From: Eledone cirrhosa
Taxonomy: Eukaryota
Assembly (NCBI GenBank): GCA_964016885.1
Contig: OZ024741.1
Location: forward strand, 195,734,001-195,798,000
DNA: 64,000 bases
Direction: 5' to 3'
The translations under genes were made by a program, and so were the position numbers. Every line of letters starts with the position of its first letter. The first letter of the stretch is position 1. The notes beneath the pieces were generated by a model, which worked only from the letters and a program-made list of their open reading frames with translations, was not told the DNA's origin and searched no databases. Below, piece after piece: positions 14,538 to 27,978 of this stretch.

Positions 14538-15030
14538 CACACAGATGTTGGTGTTGTTGTTGTTGTTGTAAATTTAGCATAGACCAAAGTTCTTGGAAGT
14601 AGGAAAGAAGTCAAGACAAGAGTCAAATAACATTGGAGAAATGGCTACACTCAATAGCAGAAAAGGAATAGTTAGAAATTCCATATAGTGTACTCAATGT
14701 AAAATAAGAAGTGTAGTGGGATTGTAAATAGGCTAACAGAAAAGCTGGATTTTATTTGTGGAAGATACACAGGAATAGTAAGAGCACCAACGAAATAATT
14801 TTTTTCGACTCTGGGAAAGGTTCCATAGAAGTAGTTGATAACTTCTTTTACCTGGGTGATCTAATTAGTAGTGGAAAAGATTGCTCTGAAAGCATAGTAA
14901 CATAAATAAAAACAGGGAAGTAAAAGTTCAGAGAGCTGCTACCTTTGCTGACAATAAAGAGGTTCTCTTTCCAAATCGGTTAGAGAAAAATGAATTAGAC
15001 ATAGTTTATTGGATATGTAATGCTAATGTG
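13700..15030. pseudogene. Two decayed RTE fragments in opposite orientations (13700-14500 minus, 14620-15030 plus)
   Basis: Homology to the 4455-5378 RTE region (FYLGD.ISSG..CSES) in both. Confidence 0.65.
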
Positions 15031-15218
15031 CATAAAGTGAAATCATTTAAATCTGTTTTACTGCTTACTACACTGCTTACTACACAATTTATATTTACAT
15101 ATTATACTTACATAGTTCTTCCTTAGTCTTAAATCTCCAAATATAGAAACAGTCCTCCATAAAACTGTAAAATACTAAGCATGTACTTTAGTTATTATAC
15201 ATCTTTTTTTTCCTACAG

Positions 15219-15304
15219 AAAGTTCCATTGAATGTTTCTCTACCAAATAGCAATGGTAGGGTTATATCGGTTCAGGGCTATACTGCAACCTATCATCCTG
15301 AAAG
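15219..15304 (+). CDS. Galectin CRD2 first exon (KVPLNVSLPNSNGRVISVQGYTATYHPER)
   Basis: T-rich tract + cag acceptor, AG|gtaata donor; phase 0/2 joins in frame to RFSIN of the next exon. Confidence 0.88.
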
Positions 15305-16495
15305 GTAATATTTTCTTTGTTTGCATTAAACCTTGCTTAAATAAGGACCACATGGAAGTACACTTTACTATACAGCATAACATTTTTATTTTATTTTCAC
15401 TTATTTTTCCATACTAGCATAGAGGAGATGGGGTTAGGGATTGCCAGAGTGAATATTTTCAGTTGGATGTCTTTGTGTTGTCAGAAATGCAGGCAAAGTT
15501 ACACATTCCTTGCCAAAAGACAACAGAAATGCTGTTAAGATTGACAACACAATACTACTATGATCAGTGATCCAACACCTTAACTCTTCAATACAATTAA
15601 TTCTTGGTGTCAGCATTATGAAAGTAAACAAAACACAAGTCTGAATTTGATATAATATTTACTCAAAATTATTATCTGTAATGTTCTGAAATAGAATTTG
15701 AAAATAATTTCAGAATGTTTTAATACCCATTGAACATAAAACAGAAAGGGGAAAAATTGAGGCCTTTGAATGCTACTTCATTCACTCAGATTTTGAATCA
15801 TTTCTGCTCTTCTTTGAAAGATCCTGCTCTGAAAACCTGCACATCAGTGTATAAAGGTTTTCAATGACATCAAGACTTGAACAACTGTACAATTGCATCA
15901 AAAACTATAATGGATAGAATAGAGCCTTGGTAATCACTTCTATATGCACTATATGCACATTAATCTCTTTTAAGCCATTCATTTATATGTAGTTAACTTT
16001 CACAGTGTTCACTAGACTACAAAATGTGGGGTCCTGTCTTTTTCTAGGTACAGGTGCTTGATTTGTAGATTCAACATGGTAGCATGGTGCACATTGTAAG
16101 AATAGCCACCATATGCAACACAGCACAACACAATGTGTGTTGCTCTGCAACTTTGGTTGATATTTCAATGATTGGACATCTTTCATGAGAGCATAATAAT
16201 TTAATGAAAAAGTGTGTAACTCTTTTTGTGAAATAGAAACTGGAAGTTGATAGTTGGTGTTTCAGTGTGTGAGTTTGTTATTCTACATCCTCCTACATGG
16301 GACATCAAGTAAGAAAATCACATGACCTGAACTAACTAATGGTGACACCTAACTACTTTAACTTGGCAGCCAAATTTTCCTTTCCAACACTTTTTTCCAG
16401 CACATCTAATGAGTTAGACATTTATGTTTATACCCATAAAAGCTTAATCAATTTGTTAATACATACATACATATACATACACATCCACACACATA

Positions 16496-17067
16496 CAGGG
16501 CCGGATGTAGAACTTGGGGAACCTGTGTCACTTTATGAGACCCCTCATACACAAAAGATTATATACAACAAACCCCCAGGTTTACATGTCAAGTTAAGCA
16601 CACAGATATTAAGTGCAGAACATCTGATTACCTTCATTTTAAGTGCACTTTCCACACTTAAATTTACTTAGAAATACACATAAACAAATATATATATATA
16701 CATTTATAAATACACGTATTACACCTTGCATAAAACTGGACACTCACATCCCTTTACCTTCTACAACAACCATCTGATGTCACTAAAGTAGAGAAATTTT
16801 GATGAATTGGCCTAAGTATTTTTTGTTAAATATTGTTCTTGTAATGATTTGATGTTTCTAAGTAGTGAAATGTTTATGAATTGACCATAAGGATTGACAT
16901 TAAGTACTTTTAAAAGTATTGTTCTGGTGTGTCTAAAAGATAAAATCAAAAAGCCCATCAGAAAGCATGCCCTTGGCAGACCTAGGACACACCTATCTTA
17001 CTAGGCCCACCCCCACCTGATGTGGGGAGGTAAATGCCCCATCTGCTCCACTATAAATCCGGCTCTG
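16496..17067. mobile_element. hAT-like MITE
   Basis: TIR CAGGGCCGGAT.TA / TA.ATCCGGCTCTG; near-identical 8-bp flanks cacacata/cacacaca. Confidence 0.7.
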
Positions 17068-17148
17068 CACACACAGACACACGACACACATACAAATACA
17101 TATCCACTGATATAAAGGAGTTATATTGATTTTTTTTTCTCTTTACAG

Positions 17149-17350
17149 ATTTTCAATAAATTTAAAGGCTGGCTGTGAAACAGCTTTCCATTTTGATGTT
17201 CGCTTCAATTTTGGAAATTCCCACAACAAGATTGTTTGTAATAGTCATCTGCATGATACTTGGGGATCTGAGGAAAGTTGCCATCGTTTCCCTTTTTCTC
17301 ATGGTACTATATTTGAAATAAAGATAGTTGAAAACCCACAAATGTACAAG
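17149..17350 (+). CDS. Galectin CRD2 core exon (RFSINLKAG...HFDVRF...VCNS...WGSEES...MYK)
   Basis: tttacag acceptor, AAG|gtatgt donor; galectin motifs; phase 2/0. Confidence 0.95.
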
Positions 17351-17482
17351 GTATGTAAAGATGTTGGCATGTTGTTTATGGTAAAATATGGCTGTTAGAC
17401 ATTAACAGACGAACATTAATTGATTTCTTTTTGTTATTTGTGAAGCTATCAAGATATTTTAATGGATGTGCTTAATTTATAA

Positions 17483-18403
17483 ATAATTGTTTCTACTTTT
17501 GGCACAAGGCCAGCAATTATCCAGTGCATTACTGGTACTTTATTTTATCGACCCCGTAAGGATGAAAGGCAAAGTTAACCTCAGCGGGATTTGAATTCAG
17601 ACCGTAAAGGGATGTAACTACGCTGGAAAGCATGTCCAATCCTCTACCGATACTGCCAATTCAATGATTTCTAGTTTAGGCATAAGGCCAGATTATAAAG
17701 GGGAAGTTGATTAAATCAACCCCAGTACTACAACTTTATTTTATTGACCCACAAAAGGATGAAAGGCAAATTTGATCTTGGCCGGAACAAACTCAGCCAA
17801 GCATTTTGTCTGACACCCTAATGATTCTACCAATCCATGAATATGTTAATAATTATTTCTACATTTGGCACAAGACCAGCAATTTGAAGGGAAGGGAAAA
17901 GACGATTAAACAGACCCCAGGACATTACTAGTACTTTATTTTTTTGACCCCATAAGCATAAAAGGCAAAGCTAACCTTGGCAGGATTTGAACTTAGAACA
18001 TAAAGGGCCATAACTATATGCCACAAAGCATGTTGTCCGACACCCTACTAATACAGCTAATCCACCACTCTGAATAGGCAAATAAGTGTTTCTACTTTAG
18101 GCATAAGGCCAGCAATTACCCAGTGCATTACTGGTACTTTATTTTATCGACCCTGTAAAATAAAGAGGGTCGGACGCCATGCTTTGCAGCATAGTTACGA
18201 AAGCATGGCGTCCGACCCTCTACCGATACTGCCAATCCACCGCCCGTGAATAGGCAAATAATAAAACCAATCTATGTATATGTTAATAATTGTTTCTACT
18301 TTTGGCACAAGGCCAGCAATTACCCAGTGCATTACTGGTACTTTATTTTATCGACCCCGTAAGGATGAAAGGCGAAGATAACCTCGGTGGGATTTGAATT
18401 CAG
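17483..18403 (-). mobile_element. Head-to-tail cluster of about five tRNA-derived SINEs
   Basis: Repeated unit with A box (TGGCAGTATCGG) and B box (G.TTCAAATCC) on the minus strand, shared core and CCTTGTG...AGAAAC.ATTATT tail; dispersed copies at ~3690, 6290, 9945, 20025, 23640, 25700. Confidence 0.85.
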
Positions 18404-19326
18404 AATAATGATGCTAGATGTAGTTGATCAAAGCTGAACTATAATTTGTAGTGTTGATGGAGAAATTAATTTAGATATTGGCACAACAAAAGGCACCCTA
18501 TAAAGTGGTCATTTTGGTAACATGACAAAAAGCACCCAGTCCACGCTGTAAATGAGATTGGTGTTAGGAAGGGCATCCAACCATAGAAACCAAGCCAGAA
18601 ACAGTTCTGTATAAGCAAGACATGGTCATCTGATCTGACTTATCTCACAACATCAGCACAAACCATCTAAATCATCTGAAAAATGGACGTTAAACAATAA
18701 TGATGATATTGACTAGATGTATTATTTCAATTCATTCACATTTTCAAAAATTATTTTTTTAAATGTTTGCAATTGATATTTCAAAAATCTAATATACTGA
18801 GATGATTTTAATTATCATCACTTATTTTTCATTGGAGTCTGAGGCTAGTTACACAAAATTAAGTACATATATTTTCTATTGTCAATAACTTGGAGCAATG
18901 GATAATTTTATATATCTTTTGTTACTATATTTCTAATGAAAGGCACTACCTATAAATTTCATATCATTTTGAAAATAATCAGGAATTTGGAGGGATTTAG
19001 TAATGTAATTAACTTTCTCATTATGAAGTTGGTGTTTTGAACATAACTTAACAAAGGTTCTTACATAAAATTATGATGGATGGTTTTTAGGTAAATATAA
19101 ACTTTAAAAATCAACAGCATAGTATTACAGAACCAGGGGCAGTTTAAGGAAGTTTGGTGATTTAGAACATTTTCAATGCTATCATTTTACATAATGGTTC
19201 AAGTTTGATGGCTGGTATTAAGTTCAAATACTACAAGGCAATAAATAAATACATATATAAAAATCAAATACACAATCATCATCATCACCATTTAATGTCT
19301 ATTTTCTAAGCTTGCATAGCTTAGAT

Positions 19327-19925
19327 CAAAGGTTCTCAACGGGGGGGAGGGGGGGGCATTAGAGGGGGCGCTGGAAGGCTATTTACTTAGGTAAGTTTTA
19401 TAAGCCATATTTGTCTCTGAGACAGCCAGTGTGAATGCATTTGAATGAAGAAAACGAAGAAAATAAATAAAAGAAGCTTGTTAACGAATTCCCTAGGGAG
19501 ATAAAAGAAAAACGAAAGAAATCAAAGAAAATAAAAATAAGGACAATGTCAACTTTGACAACAGTTACAAGAACAACAGAAATGACAAGAAAAAGAAGCA
19601 ATGGTGATGAAAGGTGTGGGTGTATACATATACATACATACAATCATACACACATATGCATACATACATACGTACATACACACACATATATACACACACA
19701 CAGGCCGGCATTGGTGTTTGATAAGGTTGAGAACCTGGTCAGTTTTCAGCCAGAGCTGTGGTATTTAATCTCCCTAGGTAATAAAATCTGGAGTCAAAAT
19801 TCTCTCCTTACCCCGCAAAAAAACATAAATCATGTCAACATCCTTACCCACTTAAATATAAATGCATGTATATATACAAATGTATAAATGCATAGCTATA
19901 TACATAGGTAAATGTATGTATGTAG

Positions 19926-19971
<46 letters not shown>

Positions 19972-21747
19972 CACACACACACACACACACATATATGTAT
20001 ATTTTCTTTTTTCAGTCTGGTAAGTACCGCTAAGCATTTCGCCAGTCGTGCTAACGATTCCACCAGCTCACCGCCTTATTTTCACCAGTTATAATGGAAT
20101 CTGAAATATTGGTTCTACCATGGGCCATAGAAAAGTAGTTCTCGGGCCCAATGTTTGAGCCTCCTGTTGGAGAGATAGATAGACGTGTACCAAACACACA
20201 CACGCATATTTCTTATTCTTTCTCTCTCTTTCTCTTTTTCTCTCTTTCTATATATATATATATGGCGTTGTTATTTGACGTTGTTGAAAAGAGCAGTGGC
20301 CTTTGACCCGGCAATAAAAACTGGAGACAAAATTCTTTCTGTACCAAAATCAAGGCACACACAGACACACACAAGTTTGTTTATGTATATGTGTGTATGT
20401 ATCTATCTATATATATATATATATTAGAATGATCGAGTATCGAAAAATCGGCGCACGAGTTAACGATAAACAAAATTCGAAATGAGCGGCAGAGGGCTCA
20501 ATAATTCAGATAAATCAGAGCTATAACTATCGTTAAAATACCGTCACACATAGAACAAGTCTAAAATCAACCGCACGATAATAAATCGATAGCAGAAGAT
20601 TCGGGACACTCAGATAAAAAATATCAATAAATTAATAATTTAAATGAATGTAAAATCATACCCGGACCCACTAGAAAGGTGTTAAATCTAGCTTCTTGGG
20701 TTTCTGTAAATCCTTAAACTGTACTCTATCAGCTCACATATAAATATATAAGACTTCTAGAATCCAGCGGACTGGAAATTTACTTCTTCAACGAGCTTTC
20801 ATCCGAACGGATATGAAGGCTAAATCCAGGCAAAATACGCACATGGAATTCGGCAAGGGAGATAACCTCTACATCCGCGAAAACTATTCGAAAAAATGTG
20901 GAAATACACATATCGAATAAAAGTGCTCAATAGACATGTTAAAATAAAACAGAAGCTATTCATCACTCAATAGAATCGACAAAAAATGAACAATAAAATT
21001 AACTGGTGGATAGCTATGTCCAGAGCTAAAAATATTAGAATGATCGAGTATCGAAAAATCGGCGCACGAGTTAACGATAAACAAAATTCGAAATGAGCGG
21101 CAGAGGGCTCAATAATTCAGATACATCAGAGCTATAACTATCGTTAAAATACCGTCACACATAGAACAAGTCTAAAATCAACCGCACGATAATAAATCGA
21201 TATATAAGGGATACAGATATTGTTTGCTCACTGTCACTAAACATCTCAATTCATTCGTTGCAACTAAGTTTGTGATCGAGGCACTTTACTTTGCAAGGTA
21301 CTATTTTTCCCTTGAGTTTGTGATTCAAGAGAAAAGTAAGAAATTCTTCATATTTTGCATCTTTTGTATTTTGACTTTACAGTTTGAATTGTAGAATTGT
21401 CTATCCACTCAAAATATTACAACAGCTAACAGTGAAATATATAATTTAAAAAGAAAAGCTTTTTCGACTGAGATCAAATCTTTAAGAACATTCACGTCTA
21501 TTTTTCAAAAATATATAATTTGAAATAGCTTGCTTTTGTTTTGGACTGAAACTTTTTTGTATTTAATTCGTACGAGTATTTTTTAAAGATTTTTTTTCAA
21601 GATTCTAACATAACTTGATTTGGCCCAGTAATCTACTGATATCAAAATCAATAGTATATAGCAAAATGGAAAAATAGGGTAGGGGGCGTTTCGTGATTTT
21701 GAGGGGGCAAAAGGGGGTATTTGGCCAAAATGGGTTGAGAACTTTTG
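19327..21747. mobile_element. hAT (Charlie-like) non-autonomous element with nested insertions, splitting an RTE 3' fragment
   Basis: TIR CAAAGGTTCTCAAC / GTTGAGAACTTTTG; 8-bp TSD gcttagat/gtttagat; RTE tail continues across it. Confidence 0.75.
20423..21201 (-). mobile_element. Partial-tandem (period ~610 bp) non-coding element at a (TA)n tract, Penelope pLTR/retrozyme-like (family E)
   Basis: 20423-20590 repeated almost exactly at 21033-21201; shares motifs with 37750-38463; strand inferred from motif orientation. Confidence 0.65.
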
Positions 21748-22082
21748 GTTTAGATGAGCTGCCACTTAATGTGGATAGCCCAGTCAGATGAGCACATTTT
21801 GATCATACCTTTGATTTTTGGCTTGATCTCTATGGCTGGATGCCCTTGCTAATGCCAACCATTTTGCAGCTTGTACTAGAAGCATTTACATTGCACCAGC
21901 ACTAGCTACCTTATAAGGGTAGAACAACAGCCTCATTGTTAGATCAATATTTGTAGTTATAGAATAACTTAATGGATAATGTATAGGATTAACAGTTCAT
22001 GTATAAACAGTTCAAATTCACTGTACGTGTTTCAGTGTGTTTCTTTATTTCACAATCCACAGTTTATTTGAAGAAGGGGAAT

Positions 22083-23018
22083 ATTCAATTCAATTCAATT
22101 CAATATATTTGGCAGAAAATAAAACATAGATGCTTCAGATGCCATGAAAGAGGGGAGAGGGGAAAAATATACACAGTCGGAAATACAGTGGTCCAACACC
22201 TGGTCCAATTTCGCCTTGAATTGTTGCGTGCTTGGCGCGTTGACTACTTCTTCTGGAAGCCGATTCCAGGGTCCAGAGATGCGGATCGAGAAAGCAGCTT
22301 TCCGTCTATTTAGGCGAAAGCGGCAGTGAAACAGCTTTTTGTCATGTCCACGTAGACCCCTTTCAAGTGCGGGAGTGAATAGAAGATCTTGAGGGAGATC
22401 GTAATGGCCATTGAAGATTGTAAGCCAAAATGAGATCACCTCATAGCCGTCGACACTCCAAGGAGAAGAGGTTCAGCCGGCTTTCGTAGGGCAGCTCATG
22501 AAGACTCTGTACCATTTGAGTCGCTGATGGATATCTCGGATGAGATATGGGTTTGATGCTTGGGTGCCATATTCTAGGTGCGGTCTCACGAGGGCGACAT
22601 ACAGAGGCCTGAAAATTTCTGGAGTGAGTTTGGCAAAGGAGTGTCGAATAAGAAAAAGAGATCTCCTTGCCTTGTTTGCAGCTTGAATGCAATGTTTTGA
22701 TGGTTTGAAGGACGAGTCGACCAGCAGACCAAGATCTTTAGTCTCCTCAACCTCCCTCAAAGGAGCAGTGCCATCGTTGAAAGTAAGAGCTGAGTTATAA
22801 GGTGTACCCTCTGCCATATGGCAACACTTATTGACATTGAGGTATAATCCCAGTCAATGGACCAACTCTAGGCGCTGAAGGCTGGACTTAAGATTGTCGA
22901 TCTCGCTCCTACGGGCTACCATTTTCACATCATCTGCAAATAGGAGTACGTTTCCACCAAACACGTCCGGCATGTCGATGATGTATAGAAGGAAGAGAAT
23001 TGGGCCCAACACAGAGCA
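22083..23018 (-). mobile_element. 5'-truncated CR1-like LINE with (ATTGA)n tail
   Basis: VLGPILFLLYI, FADD, KDLG, LVRPHLEY, LRGH.KKL, WN.LP motifs. Confidence 0.9.
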
Positions 23019-23992
23019 AAACACCCCAGAAATGTCACAACATTAACATTTTTGTTGTTTTTTTAACCTACTTTTATATTTATTTGAACATTAAACTCTG
23101 CCTTACAATAAAGGAACCTCTATGTGATAATTTGATCTGCTAGAAATAATTGAAATCTGTCAAATCATACCTCATCTTCTTAAAAGAAGAAAAAAGGAAA
23201 GACTCAACTAGAACTATCAACTTTACCTTACACTTTAGTATGCTTAATAAAGACTTGCTGTGATAATATAACCCATGGATAAATCACATTACAAATAAAG
23301 ATTGTTCAACTATTTTTGCTTTTCTTAAGACACAAACCCATGCTAACGTGGAAGATAGACATTAAATGATGATGATGATGATGATGACATCAGAAATCAT
23401 TTACCTTGCCATCAACTGCAAAAGTTAATTAAACTATATCTTCTTATGAATAATGTTACATCTTACTGATAAATGTATAATGGGTTTATCCTAATTTAAA
23501 ATGCACTACACCAATTTTATCTGACTAATGCATTAAAGAAACCTTCTTTTATAATTGATTGTGACCTTAGACAGACTTTCTGCACAAACCCACTCTTGAT
23601 GTCACTCAAAATGCTTGATGGTATTTCTTCCCAGCCCTTTACATTCTCAGTTCAAATCATGTTGAAGTCAACTTTACCTTTCATTCTCCGGGGGTTGATA
23701 AAAAAATGTACCAGTAAAGTACTGAGGTCGAAACAATTGACTTTTCCTTAACAAAAAATTGCTGGCTTTGTGCCTAAATTAAAAATTGTTAATATTTCTA
23801 TTGATTTACTAAGTTCAAATTTTGTTGAGATCAACTTTGCCTTTATCCTTTCTTGGTCAATAAGATTAACTATACACCATTTCTTGCAAAAATCTTTACT
23901 TTTATTGATTTTTACATAATTTTGTAAAGTATTAAAAAGCAAATTATTAGCATTTGGGAATTTTGTTATTTAGTTGATGATTGGTACTAGTG

Positions 23993-24537
23993 CAGTGTTT
24001 CTCAACCTTTTTGATCCCCGGGCCCACTTTTAGCTCCCGAAAAATGTCCGGGCCCACTTATTTTACAAGCGTAAACTAGGGTTAGGGTTGGGTTAGGGTT
24101 GAATTAACCCTAACCCTAAAAAATAACCCTAACCGTAAATATATTACATTTGTTTTAGTCACTTTATGGATATAAACAATGGGAGTAAGTTTCGTTGGGG
24201 TTCACCGGGCGAAATTAATTCAGTAACCCAAGACGAAATGTAAAAACCTCAACTCAATTTCATTTCTATTGCACCCACATTTATAGCATCCGAGATTTCA
24301 GGAACAGACATGCCTTGAGTATGCACAGGTGTGCATGAATGTGCAAGAACACAGACATATGCAGGTGTCTGCGTTATTGCACCCCAAATAATGCAGGTCA
24401 ACTTAAGTCATTTTGTGTGATCTTAATTTCCAAGAAAGTCTGAAAAAATTTCCAAGCCCACTGAAATTTCTCCAGGCCCACTCAAAATTGTCCCGGGCCC
24501 ACTGAGTGGGCCTTTGGCCCACCGTTGAGAACCACTG
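23993..24537. mobile_element. hAT-Charlie-like MITE carrying inverted TTAGGG repeats
   Basis: TIR CAGTGTTTCTCAAC / GTTGAGAACCACTG; subterminal cgggcccac repeats. Confidence 0.8.
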
Positions 24538-25103
24538 TATAGTGGTAGTCCTGGTGCCATGACAACAAACAACCAGTCTTCCCTGCAAAATGGTAGTACT
24601 GTTGCCATGATAAAATGACCCCAATCCACTCTGTAAAATGTTGGTGCCGTGACGAAAGGCACCCGGTCCATACTGTAGAATGGTATTGCCAGAGTCTCAA
24701 TAAAATGTTCTCAGTACATGCTGTAAAGTGGCCAGCATTAGGAAAGGCATCCAGCTGTAGAAACTAAGTCAAAATCAGTATACGAGCAAGAGGTGATCAC
24801 CTGACCTGTCTAGCTTCAGTACATGACGACAACACATCTAACCTATGCAAGTATGGAAAATAGACATTAAATAGTGATGATCAGACCTAACTACTTTTCA
24901 TTTTTCATTTTCTGTTTCACTTTGCTTGTCTTTGCTGGTGAGGCCAAATTCTTGTTGTCATTTTATCATTTGATAAATGTTTCATAATTTCTGCTTCGTA
25001 GAAAGCCAATTTATTTAATTTTTTTAATGTTGTTTTTATTTCATTGATTAAACTTTTGTGTATTTTTTATGTAATATATTATCATTTTCCTTTTAAAATC
25101 TAG

Positions 25104-25220
25104 GTTTTTATCAATGGAAACCACCACATGAACTTCATGCACCGGTTCCATCCATATAATCAAGTTAACATGCTGGAGATTAATGGAGATATTGTACTCA
25201 CATTGGTTACATTCCTTTAA
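25104..25220 (+). CDS. Galectin terminal coding exon (VFINGNHHMNFMHRF...LEINGDIVLTLVTFL*)
   Basis: tag acceptor at 25101-25103, TAA stop at 25218-25220; classic galectin C-terminus. Confidence 0.93.
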   Translation, partial: VFINGNHHMNFMHRFHPYNQVNMLEINGDIVLTLVTFL

Positions 25221-25854
25221 AGATTTTTGTTAACAACTTCCTGGATTTTTCTAATATTACCCCAGGCGAAAACAATTGATTCATATAGAATAATATATAT
25301 AATATATTAAAGATGAAATTGAAATCAAGAAATTAAAACAATTGTAACAAGAAAAATATTAGTGCTTATAGTTAGTCTTATAGTCTTATAATATTATATT
25401 TTACTGTTAACAATAACAAAATTATCTGACATACGTTACTTCATTGGCTGACTGTATGGAATTTTCTACTTACACACAGGATGTTTGAGTTTGTCCACGT
25501 TTCCTAGAGTGCTTGGAAATAATATAAATTTCTCTATCTTCCATATAAGAATATGCTCAGAAAGGTTGATAAGTCTCTGGACCTGCAGTGACTGGGAAGC
25601 CATTATCTCAGTTAGTATTGAATGCCAAATCACATTCTTTTCTTCATATTATAAAGACACAATATTGGTGGAACTATGCTTTGATGCATAGAGTTACGGC
25701 CCTTGCCATTCTGAGTTCAAATCCCGCCGAGGTTAACTTTGCCTTTCATCCTTACGGGGTCGATAAAATAAAGTACCAGTAATGTACTGAGTAATTTCTG
25801 GCCTTGTGCCAACAATTATTGGTGGAACTAGACCTATTATTATGACAATATATG

Positions 25855-25860
25855 AATAAA
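25855..25860 (+). terminator. Candidate galectin polyadenylation signal AATAAA
   Basis: AATAAA followed by a very T-rich tract, ~635 nt after the stop; an alternative AATAAA lies in a SINE at 25767. Confidence 0.5.
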
Positions 25861-26890
25861 TGATTTATATTTAATTTTTATATACTTTCACTTCTATTTT
25901 ATCTTTTTATTACTTTTTTATTTTAATTTAATTTTTTAACTTTTTTAAGTTCTTAATTCTTAATTTTTTCTTTATATAATCTGTACCCAATATATTCCCT
26001 CAAATTCACCTTTGTCTATTATATTTTTATAGATGTTTTAAACTTGACCTCAACAGAACATATTTTTCAATAACCTGATACTCTTAACACCAGACTTTGT
26101 CTAGTGTCATCCATACTTAAATTTTTTACCCCTTAGTTGGTGTCCGATTTGAATTAGAGGGAAGGTAGTATTTATAACCACCGAATTCATACAAGCCAAC
26201 ACCCACAAAGAAACCGACAAGGCTTACATTGACAAGCATATTTATTCGGAGGCAGTCAGTCAAACTAACAACACCACGACCGCCTCTGAATCAAATATTT
26301 TCTATTTTTTCTCTATTTTCTCTGCTTATACCCTCTCGGATTGTGTTTACCATTATTCCTTTATTCATCATCATCATCATCATCATCACCGTTTTACGTC
26401 CGTTCTTCCACGCTAGCATGGGTTAGACGGGTTGTCCTGTTGTGGGCAGTGTCTGGTCGGCTGACCATGCCTTGCTCATACAGGAACTGATCTGGCTTGA
26501 TTTCTACAGCTGGATGCCCTTCCTAACACCAACCTCATTTACAGTGAGTGCTGGGTGCTTTTTCGTGGCGCCTACACGTCCACTTTACAGTGTGGGCTGG
26601 GTGCTTTTTTGCCGTGGCACCTCCACGACCACCTTGCGGTGGGGGGGGGGGCATATTGTTTATATGCTTCAGCATGTACCCATGGGAGGTCGGGTACCCT
26701 GTATTACTGCGTGTATTATTGTGAAACTATTATGTAATGTACACCTGATGATGTCACCAGGATTCCACGTAACTTGGCCACTGTTTCTAACAATAAAACT
26801 TTGGAGGAATTTCACCAGTCCGGCCTCCTGTCATTTTATCTCATAGTATATATATATATATATTATAATATATATAATTAATATATATTA

Positions 26891-26997
26891 TAAACGGAAA
26901 AAATGAAACAAAATTTCATTTCTCACTCTTAGTACGGCTGTTACTTAAATATAATTATGTATACGTACATACATATATGTATACAGACGTACAGTAG

Positions 26998-27040
<43 letters not shown>

Positions 27041-27810
27041 GCACACATATATATATGTACGTATGGATTCACCGAACATTTATTATAATGCTCGGTGTGT
27101 TTGTAAACAAACATCCCGAATTAAGCCATACAGTGTTTAGCAACCATCGTTGCTCATTTGTTCAATACTGACAAAAGAACTCTGTACTAGTTTCAAGCTT
27201 ATTAGCTGTACGGCTTAATACGGGATGTTTGTTTACAAACACACCGAGCATTATAATAAATGTTTGGTGAATCCATACGTACATATATATATGTGTGCAT
27301 GTATGTATATATATATATATATATACATACTACTGTACGTCTGTATACATATATGTATGTATGTATACATACTTATATTTAAGTAACAGCCGTACTAAGA
27401 GTGAGAAATGAAATTTTGTTTCATTTTTTCCGCTTATCGTTTTCAGTACCCCGGCCGATTAACTCACTCGATATGCAAATTAGGCTGCTCAGCCGTTAAT
27501 ATGCATAAGGAAAGTATATACTTTCAGACGTTCAACCATCTGGCAGGAAGGTATACGTTGCTGACGATAGCTAATAAGCTTGAAACTAGTACAGCGTTCC
27601 TTTGTCAGTATTGAACAAATGAGCAACGATGGTTGCTAGACACTGTACGGCTTAATTCGAGATGTTTGTTTACAAACACACCGAGCATTATAATAAATTT
27701 TCGGTGAATCCATACGTACATATATATATGTGTGCATGTATGTATATATATATATATATACATACTACTGTACGTCTGTATACATATATGTATGTACGTA
27801 TACATACTAA
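26891..27810. mobile_element. Hammerhead-bearing non-coding retroelement, family A (inverted arm 26891-27207 plus 437-bp-period partial tandem 27206-27810)
   Basis: Direct and inverted self-similarity, hammerhead at 27556, (TA)n flanks. Confidence 0.85.
27556..27596 (+). ncRNA. Minimal type I hammerhead ribozyme (family A)
   Basis: CGTTG-CTGACGA-tAGCT.aata.AGCTt-GAAA-CTAG-TA-CAGCG; stem I CGUUG/CAGCG, palindromic stem III, GUA site. Confidence 0.88.
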
Positions 27811-27831
27811 TATATATTATAATATATATAT

Positions 27832-27978
27832 GGAGGCACATGGCTTAGTGGTTAGAGCATTGGCCTTGCAATCGAAAGGTTGTGAGTTCAATTCTCAGAC
27901 CGGGTGATGTGTTGTTTCCTTGAGCAAGACACTTTATTTCACATTGCTCCAGTTTACTCAGCTGTAGAAATGAGTTGA
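27832..27978 (+). mobile_element. tRNA-derived SINE of a second type
   Basis: TGGCTTAGTGG A box, GAGTTCAATTC B box, followed by a TCCTTGAGCAAGACACTTT core-like block. Confidence 0.8.

Noticed and set aside
26745-26780. CTGATGA possible hammerhead
   Set aside because: No GAAA (CGTAAC instead) and no convincing stems I or II
27832-27905. tRNA gene
   Set aside because: tRNA-like head runs into a SINE core and has no proper acceptor stem
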